Shown: piece after piece, positions 38,172 to 46,325 of the stretch
Numbering within the stretch: position 1 is the stretch's first letter
How the letters are laid out: the number at the start of each line of letters is the position of its first letter
From: a virus
DNA: 64,000 nucleotides
Virus record (IMG/VR): IMGVR_UViG_3300035670_000096
Strand: one strand, 5' to 3'
Made by a program: the position numbers and the translations under genes
Notes under the pieces: model-generated
The model's database searches: none
Told to the model about the DNA's origin: nothing
The model's input: the letters and a program-made list of their open reading frames with translations, nothing else

Positions 38172-38514
38172 TCACCAATCGCGCCCACTTCTGCATGCCG
38201 TCAGCCTCGTCGCGATCATATTCTTCCAAGTAGTAAACTTCGACCAATACATAGTCCTGTAGCCAACCATTCCGGCTACTGGATTGACGGATGATGTGAG
38301 ACAGCCGCTCGGAGTCCTTCCGCGCCTCGGCCAGCTCTTGTTCCAGTTCCTTTACCCGCTGCATCGCCTTCGCGCCAGCCATGAGAGTCTTTATGTCATC
38401 GGCGTGCTGGGTTAATACTTGTGGACTCAAACGCGGATCGTGATTCATGAGAAAATCTCTCTTTTCATGCGCCATCTCCCGCATCCGATCCGCATGTTTG
38501 CTTAGTTCGCTCAT
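38140..38514 (-). CDS. hypothetical protein
   Basis: 124-aa helical ORF. Confidence 0.55.
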   Translation of the reverse strand: MSELSKHADRMREMAHEKRDFLMNHDPRLSPQVLTQHADDIKTLMAGAKAMQRVKELEQELAEARKDSERLSHIIRQSSSRNGWLQDYVLVEVYYLEEYDRDEADGMQKWARLVIDKDMEDKNA

Positions 38515-38629
38515 CCCAGTCTTCTCCTTTCCTAATTACCGACACTCCGATAAACGCCCTCTGCCTCCACCAGCACCCCCCCACAATCGCCACACGCTCA
38601 TCTGCTTATTCCAGAATCACCGGGTCGGT

Positions 38630-38848
38630 TTACTTATGACGGATCCCTTTCCTAATTACTCTTAGCTTCTTCGGTTGCGTGTACCAAGGACCGTTGCAAC
38701 CGTCAACCTCTACTCTGTGCAGTGGTACAGATTTAACGTAATTCTTCAAAAGAACCATTCCTGCCGGGTAGAAAATAATACTCACTACCCGACCTTGCAT
38801 TTCCGGTACTTCTTTAAGCTGTACCCAATCGCCCTTACTGATGTTCAT
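38630..38848 (-). CDS. hypothetical protein
   Basis: 72-aa ORF. Confidence 0.5.
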   Translation of the reverse strand: MNISKGDWVQLKEVPEMQGRVVSIIFYPAGMVLLKNYVKSVPLHRVEVDGCNGPWYTQPKKLRVIRKGIRHK

Positions 38849-39014
38849 TGATCGACTCCTTCTCTCTCTGTTCCATTCGGTCTACGATTTTCTGTATGAG
38901 CGCAAACTGATCTTCGATAATCGGCAGAGCATCATGACTCCAACCGTGATACCGACCTGTTTGATACGCTGCAAACAAGGACGACGCTACCGCAACTGCC
39001 AAAGCTATTTCCAT
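38835..39014 (-). CDS. 59-aa protein with N-terminal hydrophobic helix (below the ORF-track cutoff)
   Basis: Read by hand: MEIALAVAVASSLFAAYQTGRYHGW...EKESINEHQ*. TAATG overlap with the upstream gene and a 14-nt overlap with the next. Confidence 0.45.
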   Translation of the reverse strand: MEIALAVAVASSLFAAYQTGRYHGWSHDALPIIEDQFALIQKIVDRMEQREKESINEHQ

Positions 39015-39496
39015 TACTCCTTACCTCTATTCTCCCGCGAGTTGCGGATGGTTTCGGCGCGAAGTCTGATTTCAGCCTGCGCCCGTTGATCTAAATACTC
39101 TTCAGTCCATCCCTGAAGATCACGCCAATCCTTTCCATCGGCGTACCGCTGCCGCCACTCCAAACAAGCAGGAGACAATGGCTCACGCGACGATCTGACG
39201 ATAGCGTGCTCCAGCCGCGCTCCGGCCTCCGTCCCTATGAGGTCTACGCACTCCTCCATCGCGTACATCGCCGCCGCCCGGAGCCGCGCGTTCTGCTCCG
39301 CCAGGGTGTCTCGCTCGGCTACTACCTGCTCCAAGGACTGTTGAGCATACCCTATGTACCGCTTGAGATCGGCCAGTGCTAAATCCCATCCGCCGTCTAG
39401 CTTGTAACCCTTCTCTGGCGTAGGCCATCCGTTTTCTCGGCACAGCGCCGTAACGTCGTCGAGAATCCTCCATACCCAATCTTGCTCGTTAGTCAT
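39014..39496 (-). CDS. hypothetical protein
   Basis: 160-aa ORF with an ATGA overlap to the upstream gene. Confidence 0.55.
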   Translation of the reverse strand: MTNEQDWVWRILDDVTALCRENGWPTPEKGYKLDGGWDLALADLKRYIGYAQQSLEQVVAERDTLAEQNARLRAAAMYAMEECVDLIGTEAGARLEHAIVRSSREPLSPACLEWRQRYADGKDWRDLQGWTEEYLDQRAQAEIRLRAETIRNSRENRGKE

Positions 39497-40281
39497 CGCT
39501 GTTCCTTTCCGTGCCGCAGTTCGGCGGCGAGTTCCTTAATCTGCAGGACGGCATTTCCACGACCGTCCCACCTGCCTATCTCAAGCGGCCACAACTCTAC
39601 TTCGCCTGGGCTTGGTGTCGTTTGCCTGATTAGATCCGCCGCCTCCTCTAGCGCTTTGGCCGCCGCTTCCCGCTTCTGATCTTCTAGCCAGTCAAGGGGA
39701 GGCTTGGTGCTTAAAGGAAAGTAGTTATGACGGATACGGGATACAAATTCGACTAATGCCGGACCTTGATATGTCGAACCGTTTTCGATTATCCAATCAA
39801 GTTGCTGCCCGACTCGCTTCAGAGCCTCCGCTGATTTTGCTTCTCCGGCTAGTGCGGCAACCGATTCGTTGCGGTGCTTCGTCATTTCATATAACTCATG
39901 CTCCGCTTTCTCCGCTCGTTCGGTCACGGCGATGAAGTGCGATTCGCCGTTTTCGAACGCTGCCCTAATAGCGTCAGATAGCGATTGCCCAAGTAGGGGC
40001 GCAACATGACGACGGCGAAGTTCCTCAGTAGCGGCGGAAATCGTGGCGCGAAGGTCGGCGAGTTCTCCGCGTAGTTCTTCGACCTCAATCTCGGCAACAT
40101 ATTTTCCATCTACAATCGGATGGAAGTATTCAGGTTCGCTTTGCTTTTTTGCCTTCGCCAGTTCTTCGGCGTGCTCGATCTCTTTTTCGGATTCTCGCAC
40201 ACACCGCTTGCAATCGTTTTGATACGACGGGTAATCTGGACTGTACATTCTATCTCCGCATGTGTAGCAGTTACGATACAT
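39493..40281 (-). CDS. hypothetical protein with N-terminal zinc-ribbon-like motif and coiled coil
   Basis: Start set to ATG at 40281 (MYRNCYTCGD...CKRC), which has GAGGTGGG about 10 nt upstream. The track start at 40293 is a GTG. Confidence 0.55.
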   Translation of the reverse strand: MYRNCYTCGDRMYSPDYPSYQNDCKRCVRESEKEIEHAEELAKAKKQSEPEYFHPIVDGKYVAEIEVEELRGELADLRATISAATEELRRRHVAPLLGQSLSDAIRAAFENGESHFIAVTERAEKAEHELYEMTKHRNESVAALAGEAKSAEALKRVGQQLDWIIENGSTYQGPALVEFVSRIRHNYFPLSTKPPLDWLEDQKREAAAKALEEAADLIRQTTPSPGEVELWPLEIGRWDGRGNAVLQIKELAAELRHGKEQR

Positions 40282-40409
40282 TATTGCACCCACCTCACAT
40301 GCTGAATTAACCTATAGACAATAAAAGGCAACGCGAGCAATGTGAGTACAATTGAAATTGCGCCAATCGCGGCCAATACCCCGACTCCTCGAAACATTCC
40401 GCTAGTCAT
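40281..40409 (-). CDS. 42-aa single-pass membrane peptide
   Basis: Trimmed to MTSGMFRGVGVLAAIGAISIVLTLLALPFIVYRL.... ATGA overlap with the upstream gene stop at 40406-40409. Confidence 0.45.
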   Translation of the reverse strand: MTSGMFRGVGVLAAIGAISIVLTLLALPFIVYRLIQHVRWVQ

Positions 40410-40849
40410 TGTTTTGCACCTCCATTGTATAGAATCTCGGCCTCGATCTCGATTTCTTCTGCTTTCTTCAAACACTCTTTATTGGCTTTATCAAAATAAC
40501 CCTCCAAGCGGGATGCGTCTTCCCTAATCCACTCCGCTGCGCCCATTGCTTTCATGTACTTGTCGCGGGAGTCAAGCCAAATAAGAGAGTCGAGGCAAAT
40601 AGCAGCCGCCTCCATTGTCTTCAGTTCCTCGTTCCCCTCGTTCCACACCCGCGCCAGTTTCGCGTTGGCCGCTCTTAACTCATCTATGTCCTTCCTCGCC
40701 TTGCTTAGTTCGGCTTTAAGTCTATTCATTTCCTTGACTAGATCGATCCTGGCCCTCTCTTCTCCTCGGTGAAACTCGGTTTCTAATTTAGGTTTCATGG
40801 CCTCATTGATTGCTTCATTGATAACCACTTGCCAGTCAATGCTAATCAT
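40406..40849 (-). CDS. hypothetical coiled-coil protein
   Basis: 147-aa ORF. Confidence 0.55.
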   Translation of the reverse strand: MISIDWQVVINEAINEAMKPKLETEFHRGEERARIDLVKEMNRLKAELSKARKDIDELRAANAKLARVWNEGNEELKTMEAAAICLDSLIWLDSRDKYMKAMGAAEWIREDASRLEGYFDKANKECLKKAEEIEIEAEILYNGGAKQ

Positions 40850-41147
40850 TGCTTATGTCCTCCTTGTCTTTCCTTAGTCCGTCTTCTACTTCTCTGGTAG
40901 CTCTTAGCGCCGTCTGCCTTGCGGCTTTAATCTCTGACCTTAACCGCTTTAACTCTTCCTTCGCTTCCTCGTGACAACACGTTTCTTCTTTTAGCATCCT
41001 TGAGAGCCTGTCGATTGTCTCTACGGCGTCTAGGAAAGCATTGCATAAGAGAGGAATTTTGTCTTCCTTCGGCCATTCGTGAGGGGAGGCGTCGATATGG
41101 ATCGCTTCGTTGATGGCTAACTGGTACTCATCGAGCTTGAGTCTCAC
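40842..41147 (-). CDS. hypothetical protein (GTG start)
   Basis: 101-aa ORF with AGGGGA about 8 nt upstream of GTG at 41147. Confidence 0.5.
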   Translation of the reverse strand: MRLKLDEYQLAINEAIHIDASPHEWPKEDKIPLLCNAFLDAVETIDRLSRMLKEETCCHEEAKEELKRLRSEIKAARQTALRATREVEDGLRKDKEDISND

Positions 41148-41355
41148 CCTGCTTCCCCTTTCTTATGTCCGCAATCTTCATTTCAATACATCTCGCCAGG
41201 GCCTCGGCTACTTCAATGGTGATAGTATTTCCAGGCCCCTTGTCAAACCGAAGGCAAACCATCCCAAGGCCGTCTTCGTCGCTCGAAACGACTGCCGCCT
41301 TTACGCCATGTTGATCGAAGATGTCGTAACTGCTCTCGATCTCTACCTTTGCCAT
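41128..41355 (-). CDS. hypothetical protein
   Basis: 75-aa ORF whose start abuts the upstream stop. Confidence 0.5.
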   Translation of the reverse strand: MAKVEIESSYDIFDQHGVKAAVVSSDEDGLGMVCLRFDKGPGNTITIEVAEALARCIEMKIADIRKGKQGETQAR

Positions 41356-41637
41356 TTAATTCGCCTCTCTTTCGCTAACCACTTCAAGGTCGAAATCTTC
41401 CTCTTCGATCTCGATACTGTTCTGATTGAATCCGTGAGCGCCAATCTCGTCAAAGAAACGATCTGACAGTTCGCTATCCGAACTAAGCATCAGGTGAAGA
41501 AAGTCTGACTTGCTAATCTTGATCTTCAGCTTGCCGCTTCTTTCGACATAGGTAACCCTGCCAGTGAATTGACCTTTGATTGAACCTGGGTGTTCTTCTG
41601 TGATTTCCCTAAAGATGACTTCCCCGGTGACCTTCAT
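41356..41637 (-). CDS. hypothetical protein
   Basis: 93-aa ORF, first gene downstream of the tRNA cluster. Confidence 0.5.
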   Translation of the reverse strand: MKVTGEVIFREITEEHPGSIKGQFTGRVTYVERSGKLKIKISKSDFLHLMLSSDSELSDRFFDEIGAHGFNQNSIEIEEEDFDLEVVSEREAN

Positions 41638-41656
41638 TTCATTCTCCTTTTTTAGT

Positions 41657-41730
41657 TGGCTGGCGGAGGAGGAATCGAACCTCCATACCGGGAGTCAAAG
41701 TCCCGTGTTCTGCCGTTGAACTATCCGCCA
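41657..41730 (-). tRNA. tRNA-Gln (anticodon TTG), CCA encoded
   Basis: Folded by hand: acceptor TGGCGGA/TCCGCCA, D stem GTTC/GAAC, anticodon stem CGGGA/TCCCG with loop CTTTGAC, T arm GGAGG-TTCGATT-CCTCC, then G-CCA. Confidence 0.85.
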
Positions 41731-41734
41731 ATTT

Positions 41735-41811
41735 TGGTACTCCCGATAGGGTTCGAACCTATGGCCTTTCGCTTAGGAGGCGAACGCTCTATCCGGCTGA
41801 GCTACGGGAGT
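41735..41811 (-). tRNA. tRNA-Arg (anticodon CCT), CCA encoded
   Basis: Acceptor ACTCCCG/CGGGAGT, D stem GCTC/GAGC, anticodon stem TTCGC/GCGAA with loop CTCCTAA, T arm ATAGG-TTCGAAC-CCTAT, then A-CCA. Confidence 0.85.
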
Positions 41812-41817
41812 TGAAAC

Positions 41818-41893
41818 TGGTGGTCCCACTAGGACTCGAACCTAGAACTGACAGATTATGAGTCTGCTCTTCTGCCGATTGAAGTATGGGACC
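41818..41893 (-). tRNA. tRNA with CAT anticodon (elongator Met or Ile2), CCA encoded
   Basis: Acceptor GGTCCCA/TGGGACC (G1-C72, so not initiator-like), D stem CTTC/GAAG, anticodon stem GCAGA/TCTGT with loop CTCATAA, T arm CTAGG-TTCGAGT-CCTAG. Confidence 0.8.
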
Positions 41894-41935
41894 GTGTGAA
41901 AGATAAGCTTATTCCTTCTTGGCGTTTAAGTCAAG

Positions 41936-42100
41936 TCAGAGATCGACGAACTTCTTCTTCTTGAAGTTCCACTGAATTGCTCTACCGTCCTCTAGTGTAA
42001 TCCTGTAGTGGTAGAGCCAGAGGTTCTTCTCGTAGAGCCGCCCGAAACACCACCCAAACAAGGCAGATACAGCAACGCCAGTAAGCATTAACGCAATCAT
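41936..42100 (-). CDS. 54-aa membrane peptide (below the ORF-track cutoff)
   Basis: Read by hand: MIALMLTGVAVSALFGWCFGRLYEKNLW...KKKKFVDL*. ATGA overlap with the upstream stop at 42097-42100 and a GGAGGTGGAGA RBS. Confidence 0.5.
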   Translation of the reverse strand: MIALMLTGVAVSALFGWCFGRLYEKNLWLYHYRITLEDGRAIQWNFKKKKFVDL

Positions 42101-42294
42101 TCTCCACCTCCGAACAGTCCGCTCACGCTCTTTAGTCTTTTGCCTTTTGTCATTGTCTCAACAACTCCTGAATCTTCAGTTCCCTGCTCTGCCCGGTATA
42201 GCGGTGTATCCGTAGCGCACTCTTCGCATTGATTGATAAAACCCGGCTTCCCCGGCGTCAGTTGGAACTCCTCGTTACAATCCTTGCAAGTCAT
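42097..42294 (-). CDS. small zinc-ribbon protein
   Basis: 65 aa. CKDCNEEF...NQCEECA. Confidence 0.55.
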   Translation of the reverse strand: MTCKDCNEEFQLTPGKPGFINQCEECATDTPLYRAEQGTEDSGVVETMTKGKRLKSVSGLFGGGE

Positions 42295-42296
42295 GT

Positions 42297-45143
42297 TCAG
42301 ATCCTCTTTTTAGCTAGTAGTGAAGATATCAAGGCTTGAGCCTGCCCAGCGTTCATGGAGTGGCGAAGAACAGCCTTGTATTTATTTATATCGCCATTCA
42401 TCTTCGCTACGCCACTTCTATCTATCTTGGCAAGCAAGGCGATCTGCTTATCAGATATAGGATTCCCTCTCCAAGCCGCACTGCTGCTGCCAGCTTTCTT
42501 CTCTTCCGAGGTAAGCCGCTTTTCCGCCTTGCCGATAGCCTCTTCCAGTGTGCTGCCGACTCCCGCGAAGGAACTAACCCCGTTTGTGTTTATCTTAACG
42601 TCGTACATCCCCATCGAGTTCGGCCTGACCGTCATGGTCCTGGTCGGCATATTAAGGATGTATGTGTCGTCTTTCTTGATCCATGACATATCAGAGCACT
42701 TCCCTACTTCCTGGGGCGTCTCAGGAATGGATACCAGATCGACTTTCTCGATAATCCCGGTCAACGTGGTCGGGTCCTCGATCTCCTCAAGGTTGGTTTT
42801 CTTTTTGATCTTATCCGGCAGCTTATCAACTAGGTTCTCCAAGTCCTTTGTGAACTCTTCCAGTCTCTTGCCTTTGGTGTCGATCTTTGGATTAAGGCCA
42901 AACAGGGTTGGAACAGATATTAGGTTGTGCCGGGAGGAAACGTCAACGAAGTCGATGATAATGGCCGTGTCTTTAATCCAGTCAGGTTCTTTCCCGGCTT
43001 CCCGCATTGCGTTTAGCGTCTCTGGGGCAGGGCAAGGACGAAGCACTCGCCCAACGGCTTGACGGTAGATGAGGCCGGAGCGGAAAGGGCGAACCATGCA
43101 GCCGACTTCTACCGTAGGGTCGTCGTAGCCTTCGCAGAACAAGAGAGCTGACATAAGCGCAGTTAGTTCTCCTCGCTTGTGCATGTCTATTATCTCTTTG
43201 CGTGTTTGCGCCGGAGTCCTCGATGATACCGCCATCGCTTTAACCCCTTGCTTGTTAGCCTCAGCCGCCAAGTCTTCAGCGTGCTGAATATCCAACGTGA
43301 AGAATAGGGCCTTCTTCCCCTCGGCTATCTCCTTGTACTTACTTATGACGAGTTCGTTCCGGGCCGGAGTGTTGATCTTCTTTTCAAGCTGTCTGTGGTT
43401 GAAATCTCCAGCGGTGATCTTGACATCAGAGATATCAACCCTTGTCTCTACTCGGTAGGCTTCGATGTCGGTCAAGTATTTGTTCTGGATGCCCCACCGG
43501 ATGTCTCGGCTGGCGGTTATCCTGTTGAAGAACTCGTTAAGACCTTTGTTGTCGGAGCGATTCGGTGTGGCGGTCAGTCCGAAAAGTATCTTAGATTCAT
43601 CGTTATACCGCTCATCGCTAAGGTAAACCTTGAAGTATTTCAAGGCGTTTCTGAACGTGTCAGAACTAGCTCTGTGGCAGTTGTGTACTAGTACTCCGTT
43701 GGCGTAGTAGTTGTTGTTTCCTTCAACCTCGAAATTGTAGACAAAACCACCTGGACACATTCCTCCAAATGTCCCATCACTTGTTTGTTCGTGAATCTCA
43801 ATACCGACCACCCTCGCTGTTCTAGGAAATCCTGTTTCTTTCTGTCTTGAATTTGCCTTGATATCGCACAATGAGAATTCCCGTCCACTTCGATTGCTAT
43901 CATTAGTTCTGGAATAGCCACGTCGATCTTGTAGTGGGTCGGGTATCCACTTGAACGTCCGGTCATTGTTCTGTATGGATACTGAGGCGATAGTTTTAGT
44001 GTCGTACATGTGGCCAATCCGTGAAGGATCTTCTCTTCTGCTGCTGTTAACCCGTGACCGTTCCCGCCTTGGATTCTCGGCTTGTGCCCCATTTCTGTAA
44101 GCTTCTTTGAGACGAGATCCCTGATTTCTTTTTTGTGCATGGGGTTCTGTTTCTTCATTCTCTCTGAAGCATACTTCCGGTTGTATTCCGCTAGGTATTC
44201 CCCGCCTTTCTTGTGGCGAAGATAATGAACCGCCTTGTCGCACTCTTTCGAACAAGTGAATACCGCGTTTTTTTGCTTCAACAGACCCTTCCCTGACAAC
44301 TCCACTTCTTTGTTGCAGTGTTGGCAGTTCATGTAGACTCTTTTCCTTCGGGCCTCCCTCGCTACCTTCTTGCAGTCCTCTCCGCAGTATGGAACCATAT
44401 TTTTGTTCCATGATCTTGGCATGTACGTCTTCTCGCAGACTGAGCAGTTCTTTGGCTTCACGGTTCTCCTCTTCCTTGCTGTCGCATAGAGTAAGTATAT
44501 CATTGTACGCGATGCGATTGGCAGGAACATATTCGCCGTTGACAAAAAAGGGATGTTCTTCTGTGCATGTGATCTTTTGCCCATTGGACAGGCTTATTGT
44601 CATTAGAGATGAAGGCTTACTCTTGAACAGCCTAACGACTGGGCGTAGTTCTTCCGTTTTGGCTTCGTGGTTGAATGAACTAACAAGATCACCCGGCCTG
44701 ATTAACTCAATCGGCCTGCCGTCGATCAGTGTCCCGGCGACGAAACACTCATCTACAATTACTATGTCGAACGTATCCGGGTCTATTGACTTGAGCCTTT
44801 CGCTAAAAATAGGCGTCCCGTCCTCCTCTTCCCGCGTTGATCCGATTGTCTGGATACTAGCCACGACGACTTCAGAATCGGGAGTTGAGCGGTGCTCTGC
44901 TTTCTCCACACTTACGGTTAGCTCCGGGTAGGACGCCCTCACTTTATCAACTGTCTGCCATACCAGCTCCTCTCTGTTGACGATAATCAAGGCACGCTTC
45001 TTGCGGAGCCTGCCGACGATATGAGCCATGAGGACAGTCTTGCCTAAGCCAGTGGCCCAAACGATCAGGTTTCTGTTTCGGCCAGCCATGATATCCATCT
45101 GGCACTTAACCAAGTCTTCTCTCTGGTATTGGCGTAGTTTCAT
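42297..45143 (-). CDS. superfamily-2 (DECH-box, ResIII/UvsW-like) helicase interrupted by an intein in motif II
   Basis: Motif I ATGLGKT. Motif II is split as IVIVDE | intein | CHRASS. Motif III GLTATPNRSD. Motif VI QAVGRVLRP. Confidence 0.85.
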   Translation of the reverse strand: MKLRQYQREDLVKCQMDIMAGRNRNLIVWATGLGKTVLMAHIVGRLRKKRALIIVNREELVWQTVDKVRASYPELTVSVEKAEHRSTPDSEVVVASIQTIGSTREEEDGTPIFSERLKSIDPDTFDIVIVDECFVAGTLIDGRPIELIRPGDLVSSFNHEAKTEELRPVVRLFKSKPSSLMTISLSNGQKITCTEEHPFFVNGEYVPANRIAYNDILTLCDSKEEENREAKELLSLREDVHAKIMEQKYGSILRRGLQEGSEGGPKEKSLHELPTLQQRSGVVREGSVEAKKRGIHLFERVRQGGSLSSPQERRGIPSGIQPEVCFRENEETEPHAQKRNQGSRLKEAYRNGAQAENPRRERSRVNSSRREDPSRIGHMYDTKTIASVSIQNNDRTFKWIPDPLQDRRGYSRTNDSNRSGREFSLCDIKANSRQKETGFPRTARVVGIEIHEQTSDGTFGGMCPGGFVYNFEVEGNNNYYANGVLVHNCHRASSDTFRNALKYFKVYLSDERYNDESKILFGLTATPNRSDNKGLNEFFNRITASRDIRWGIQNKYLTDIEAYRVETRVDISDVKITAGDFNHRQLEKKINTPARNELVISKYKEIAEGKKALFFTLDIQHAEDLAAEANKQGVKAMAVSSRTPAQTRKEIIDMHKRGELTALMSALLFCEGYDDPTVEVGCMVRPFRSGLIYRQAVGRVLRPCPAPETLNAMREAGKEPDWIKDTAIIIDFVDVSSRHNLISVPTLFGLNPKIDTKGKRLEEFTKDLENLVDKLPDKIKKKTNLEEIEDPTTLTGIIEKVDLVSIPETPQEVGKCSDMSWIKKDDTYILNMPTRTMTVRPNSMGMYDVKINTNGVSSFAGVGSTLEEAIGKAEKRLTSEEKKAGSSSAAWRGNPISDKQIALLAKIDRSGVAKMNGDINKYKAVLRHSMNAGQAQALISSLLAKKRI
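43680..44747 (-). mobile_element. class-1 intein (356 aa) whose central ~220 codons are the out-of-frame read-through of a nested endonuclease gene
   Basis: VDE|CFVAGTLIDG (block A), ITCTEEHPFF (block B, TxxH), GFVYNFEVEGNNNYYANGVLVHN|CH (blocks F/G). The middle is R/S/E/G/Q-rich with no endonuclease motif visible in this frame. Confidence 0.8.
43688..44584 (-). CDS. Vsr/DUF559-type (PD-(D/E)XK) endonuclease with CxxC zinc modules, encoded in an alternate frame entirely inside the helicase intein
   Basis: 298-aa ORF in a different frame from the helicase (44584 mod 3 = 1 versus 45143 mod 3 = 2). YKIDVAIPELMIAIEVDGNSHC...QDRKKQDFLEQRGWSVLRFTNKQV, plus CSVCEK..YCGEDC and CQHCNK..FTCSKEC. The true start may be an internal Met. 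Confidence 0.7.
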   Translation of the reverse strand: MGKRSHAQKNIPFLSTANMFLPIASRTMIYLLYATARKRRTVKPKNCSVCEKTYMPRSWNKNMVPYCGEDCKKVAREARRKRVYMNCQHCNKEVELSGKGLLKQKNAVFTCSKECDKAVHYLRHKKGGEYLAEYNRKYASERMKKQNPMHKKEIRDLVSKKLTEMGHKPRIQGGNGHGLTAAEEKILHGLATCTTLKLSPQYPYRTMTGRSSGYPTHYKIDVAIPELMIAIEVDGNSHCAISRQIQDRKKQDFLEQRGWSVLRFTNKQVMGHLEECVQVVLSTISRLKETTTTTPTEY

Positions 45144-45805
45144 CGAATTACCAAGTTCTGTTCCTGATATGCCTCAACACCGGGGATCGACATCATTGCG
45201 CCCATACTGCGGGCCTTGGCGTCGAGCGCCTTCTGGTCTGGGATAAAGTATTCCCGGTAGCGCGGGTCCTTAACAGCAGCCGCCCAGAGTTCGTCGAGGT
45301 TAGTAATCCGCGCCTTGAACGGACTCTTGCGCGTGCCAGCGCCCGACTTGCTGACGGTCTTCGTAAACACGGGCATCTCAGGCTCCGGCGTGTCGTCGAG
45401 CGGTGTCCATTCCGCCTTGGCCTTACGCGCTTCTTCAATGAGTCGATCACGCTCTTCCTTGAGCCGCTTCTCTTCAGCCACCCGCCATTCAAGGCACCGT
45501 TTGCGGAGATTAGACTTGGTAATCTCCGCAGGTTCCTTTAGTTCCTTGATTAGCGAGTTGAGGGACTTGACGGCACTGTTGAGAGGCTCCTTGATAGAGG
45601 AGAATTTGTCGTCCACTCGCTTGATGTAGTCGTCCGCCTTCTTGATAATGGAAACCGCCATATCATGAGTTGACTCGCTATCAACGGCAAGGTCTAAGCA
45701 GGCGATTGTCTCGACCTCTTGAAGTTCCTGGCCGATATCAGGCATGGTGATCTCAGGAACTAATACCTCGCTCTTTTCCAAAACGTCTTGCATGTGTTCT
45801 CCCAT
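45140..45805 (-). CDS. hypothetical protein (start uncertain; ATG at 45793 has the better RBS)
   Basis: 221-aa ORF, coiled-coil and charged. Sits between the exonuclease and helicase genes. ATGA overlap with the helicase start. Confidence 0.55.
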   Translation of the reverse strand: MGEHMQDVLEKSEVLVPEITMPDIGQELQEVETIACLDLAVDSESTHDMAVSIIKKADDYIKRVDDKFSSIKEPLNSAVKSLNSLIKELKEPAEITKSNLRKRCLEWRVAEEKRLKEERDRLIEEARKAKAEWTPLDDTPEPEMPVFTKTVSKSGAGTRKSPFKARITNLDELWAAAVKDPRYREYFIPDQKALDAKARSMGAMMSIPGVEAYQEQNLVIR

Positions 45806-46323
45806 TCCACGAAGTCGTAGGGGTCTTCGTATCCCTTTATCTTGTAATTCTTCAGCTTAGGGTTGATGTTAAGGCAGTATCGCTTTACTGTCTCATACGT
45901 TAGCGGAAATCTCATCATAGCGTAAGCCGCTGTTTGCAAGCGTGCTGACTCCGGGATGGTTCCGGTTTTTATGTCCATGATGAACTCAGGTTCAATTCCG
46001 GCCCTATCTACAGTGCCGCAAACGTCCAGCACTTCATCGTAAAGCAAGCACTCGATGTCTGTAAAGGTAGGCTGAACATCCCTGAGATAGTTCTTGTACT
46101 GGTTAATACACTTTGCCATGCCTTCGTCTAGTCCATCGGTTACTAGCAAGCCTTTATCGAATTCCTCTAGTGCCAAGTGGATCTCAGAGCCTCGGCTGGC
46201 GGCGGTGTCCGATTTACAGAACGGGCTAATATAACCCATGATGTCTAGCACCTGGGTTACGGAGGGCTTGATTAGCCCTCCGACCTTGTAGGTGTGACTC
46301 TCTTTATCGAAAGAGATCATCAT
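45760..46323 (-). CDS. PD-(D/E)XK (RecB/Cas4-like) exonuclease
   Basis: HTYKVGG..KPSVTQVL, GSEIHLALE, D..GTVDR....IMDIKTG and LQTAAYAMM. This is the ordered motif set of phage RecB-family nucleases. Confidence 0.7.
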   Translation of the reverse strand: MMISFDKESHTYKVGGLIKPSVTQVLDIMGYISPFCKSDTAASRGSEIHLALEEFDKGLLVTDGLDEGMAKCINQYKNYLRDVQPTFTDIECLLYDEVLDVCGTVDRAGIEPEFIMDIKTGTIPESARLQTAAYAMMRFPLTYETVKRYCLNINPKLKNYKIKGYEDPYDFVEWENTCKTFWKRARY

Positions 46324-46325
46324 TA

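Noticed and set aside
39183-39479. 98-aa alternate-frame ORF inside gene 39014-39496.
   Set aside because: It has an Arg/Gly/Ala-rich composition typical of an off-frame read of a GC-rich segment. It has no independent RBS, and the main frame is coupled to its neighbours.
43688-44584. Explanation of the nested endonuclease ORF as a simple sequencing frameshift within an ordinary in-frame intein endonuclease domain.
   Set aside because: I have not fully rejected this, but I consider it unlikely. If the true protein switched frames, the helicase frame across about 220 codons would be unconstrained and should contain stops, yet it is open. It remains listed as the key control in the finding.
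42355-44931. + strand ORFs antisense to the SF2 helicase: 42355-43062 (235 aa), 44389-44931 (180 aa) and 43395-43691.
   Set aside because: They are antisense shadows of a motif-rich helicase gene, with no start context and Ser/Leu-rich composition typical of antisense frames.
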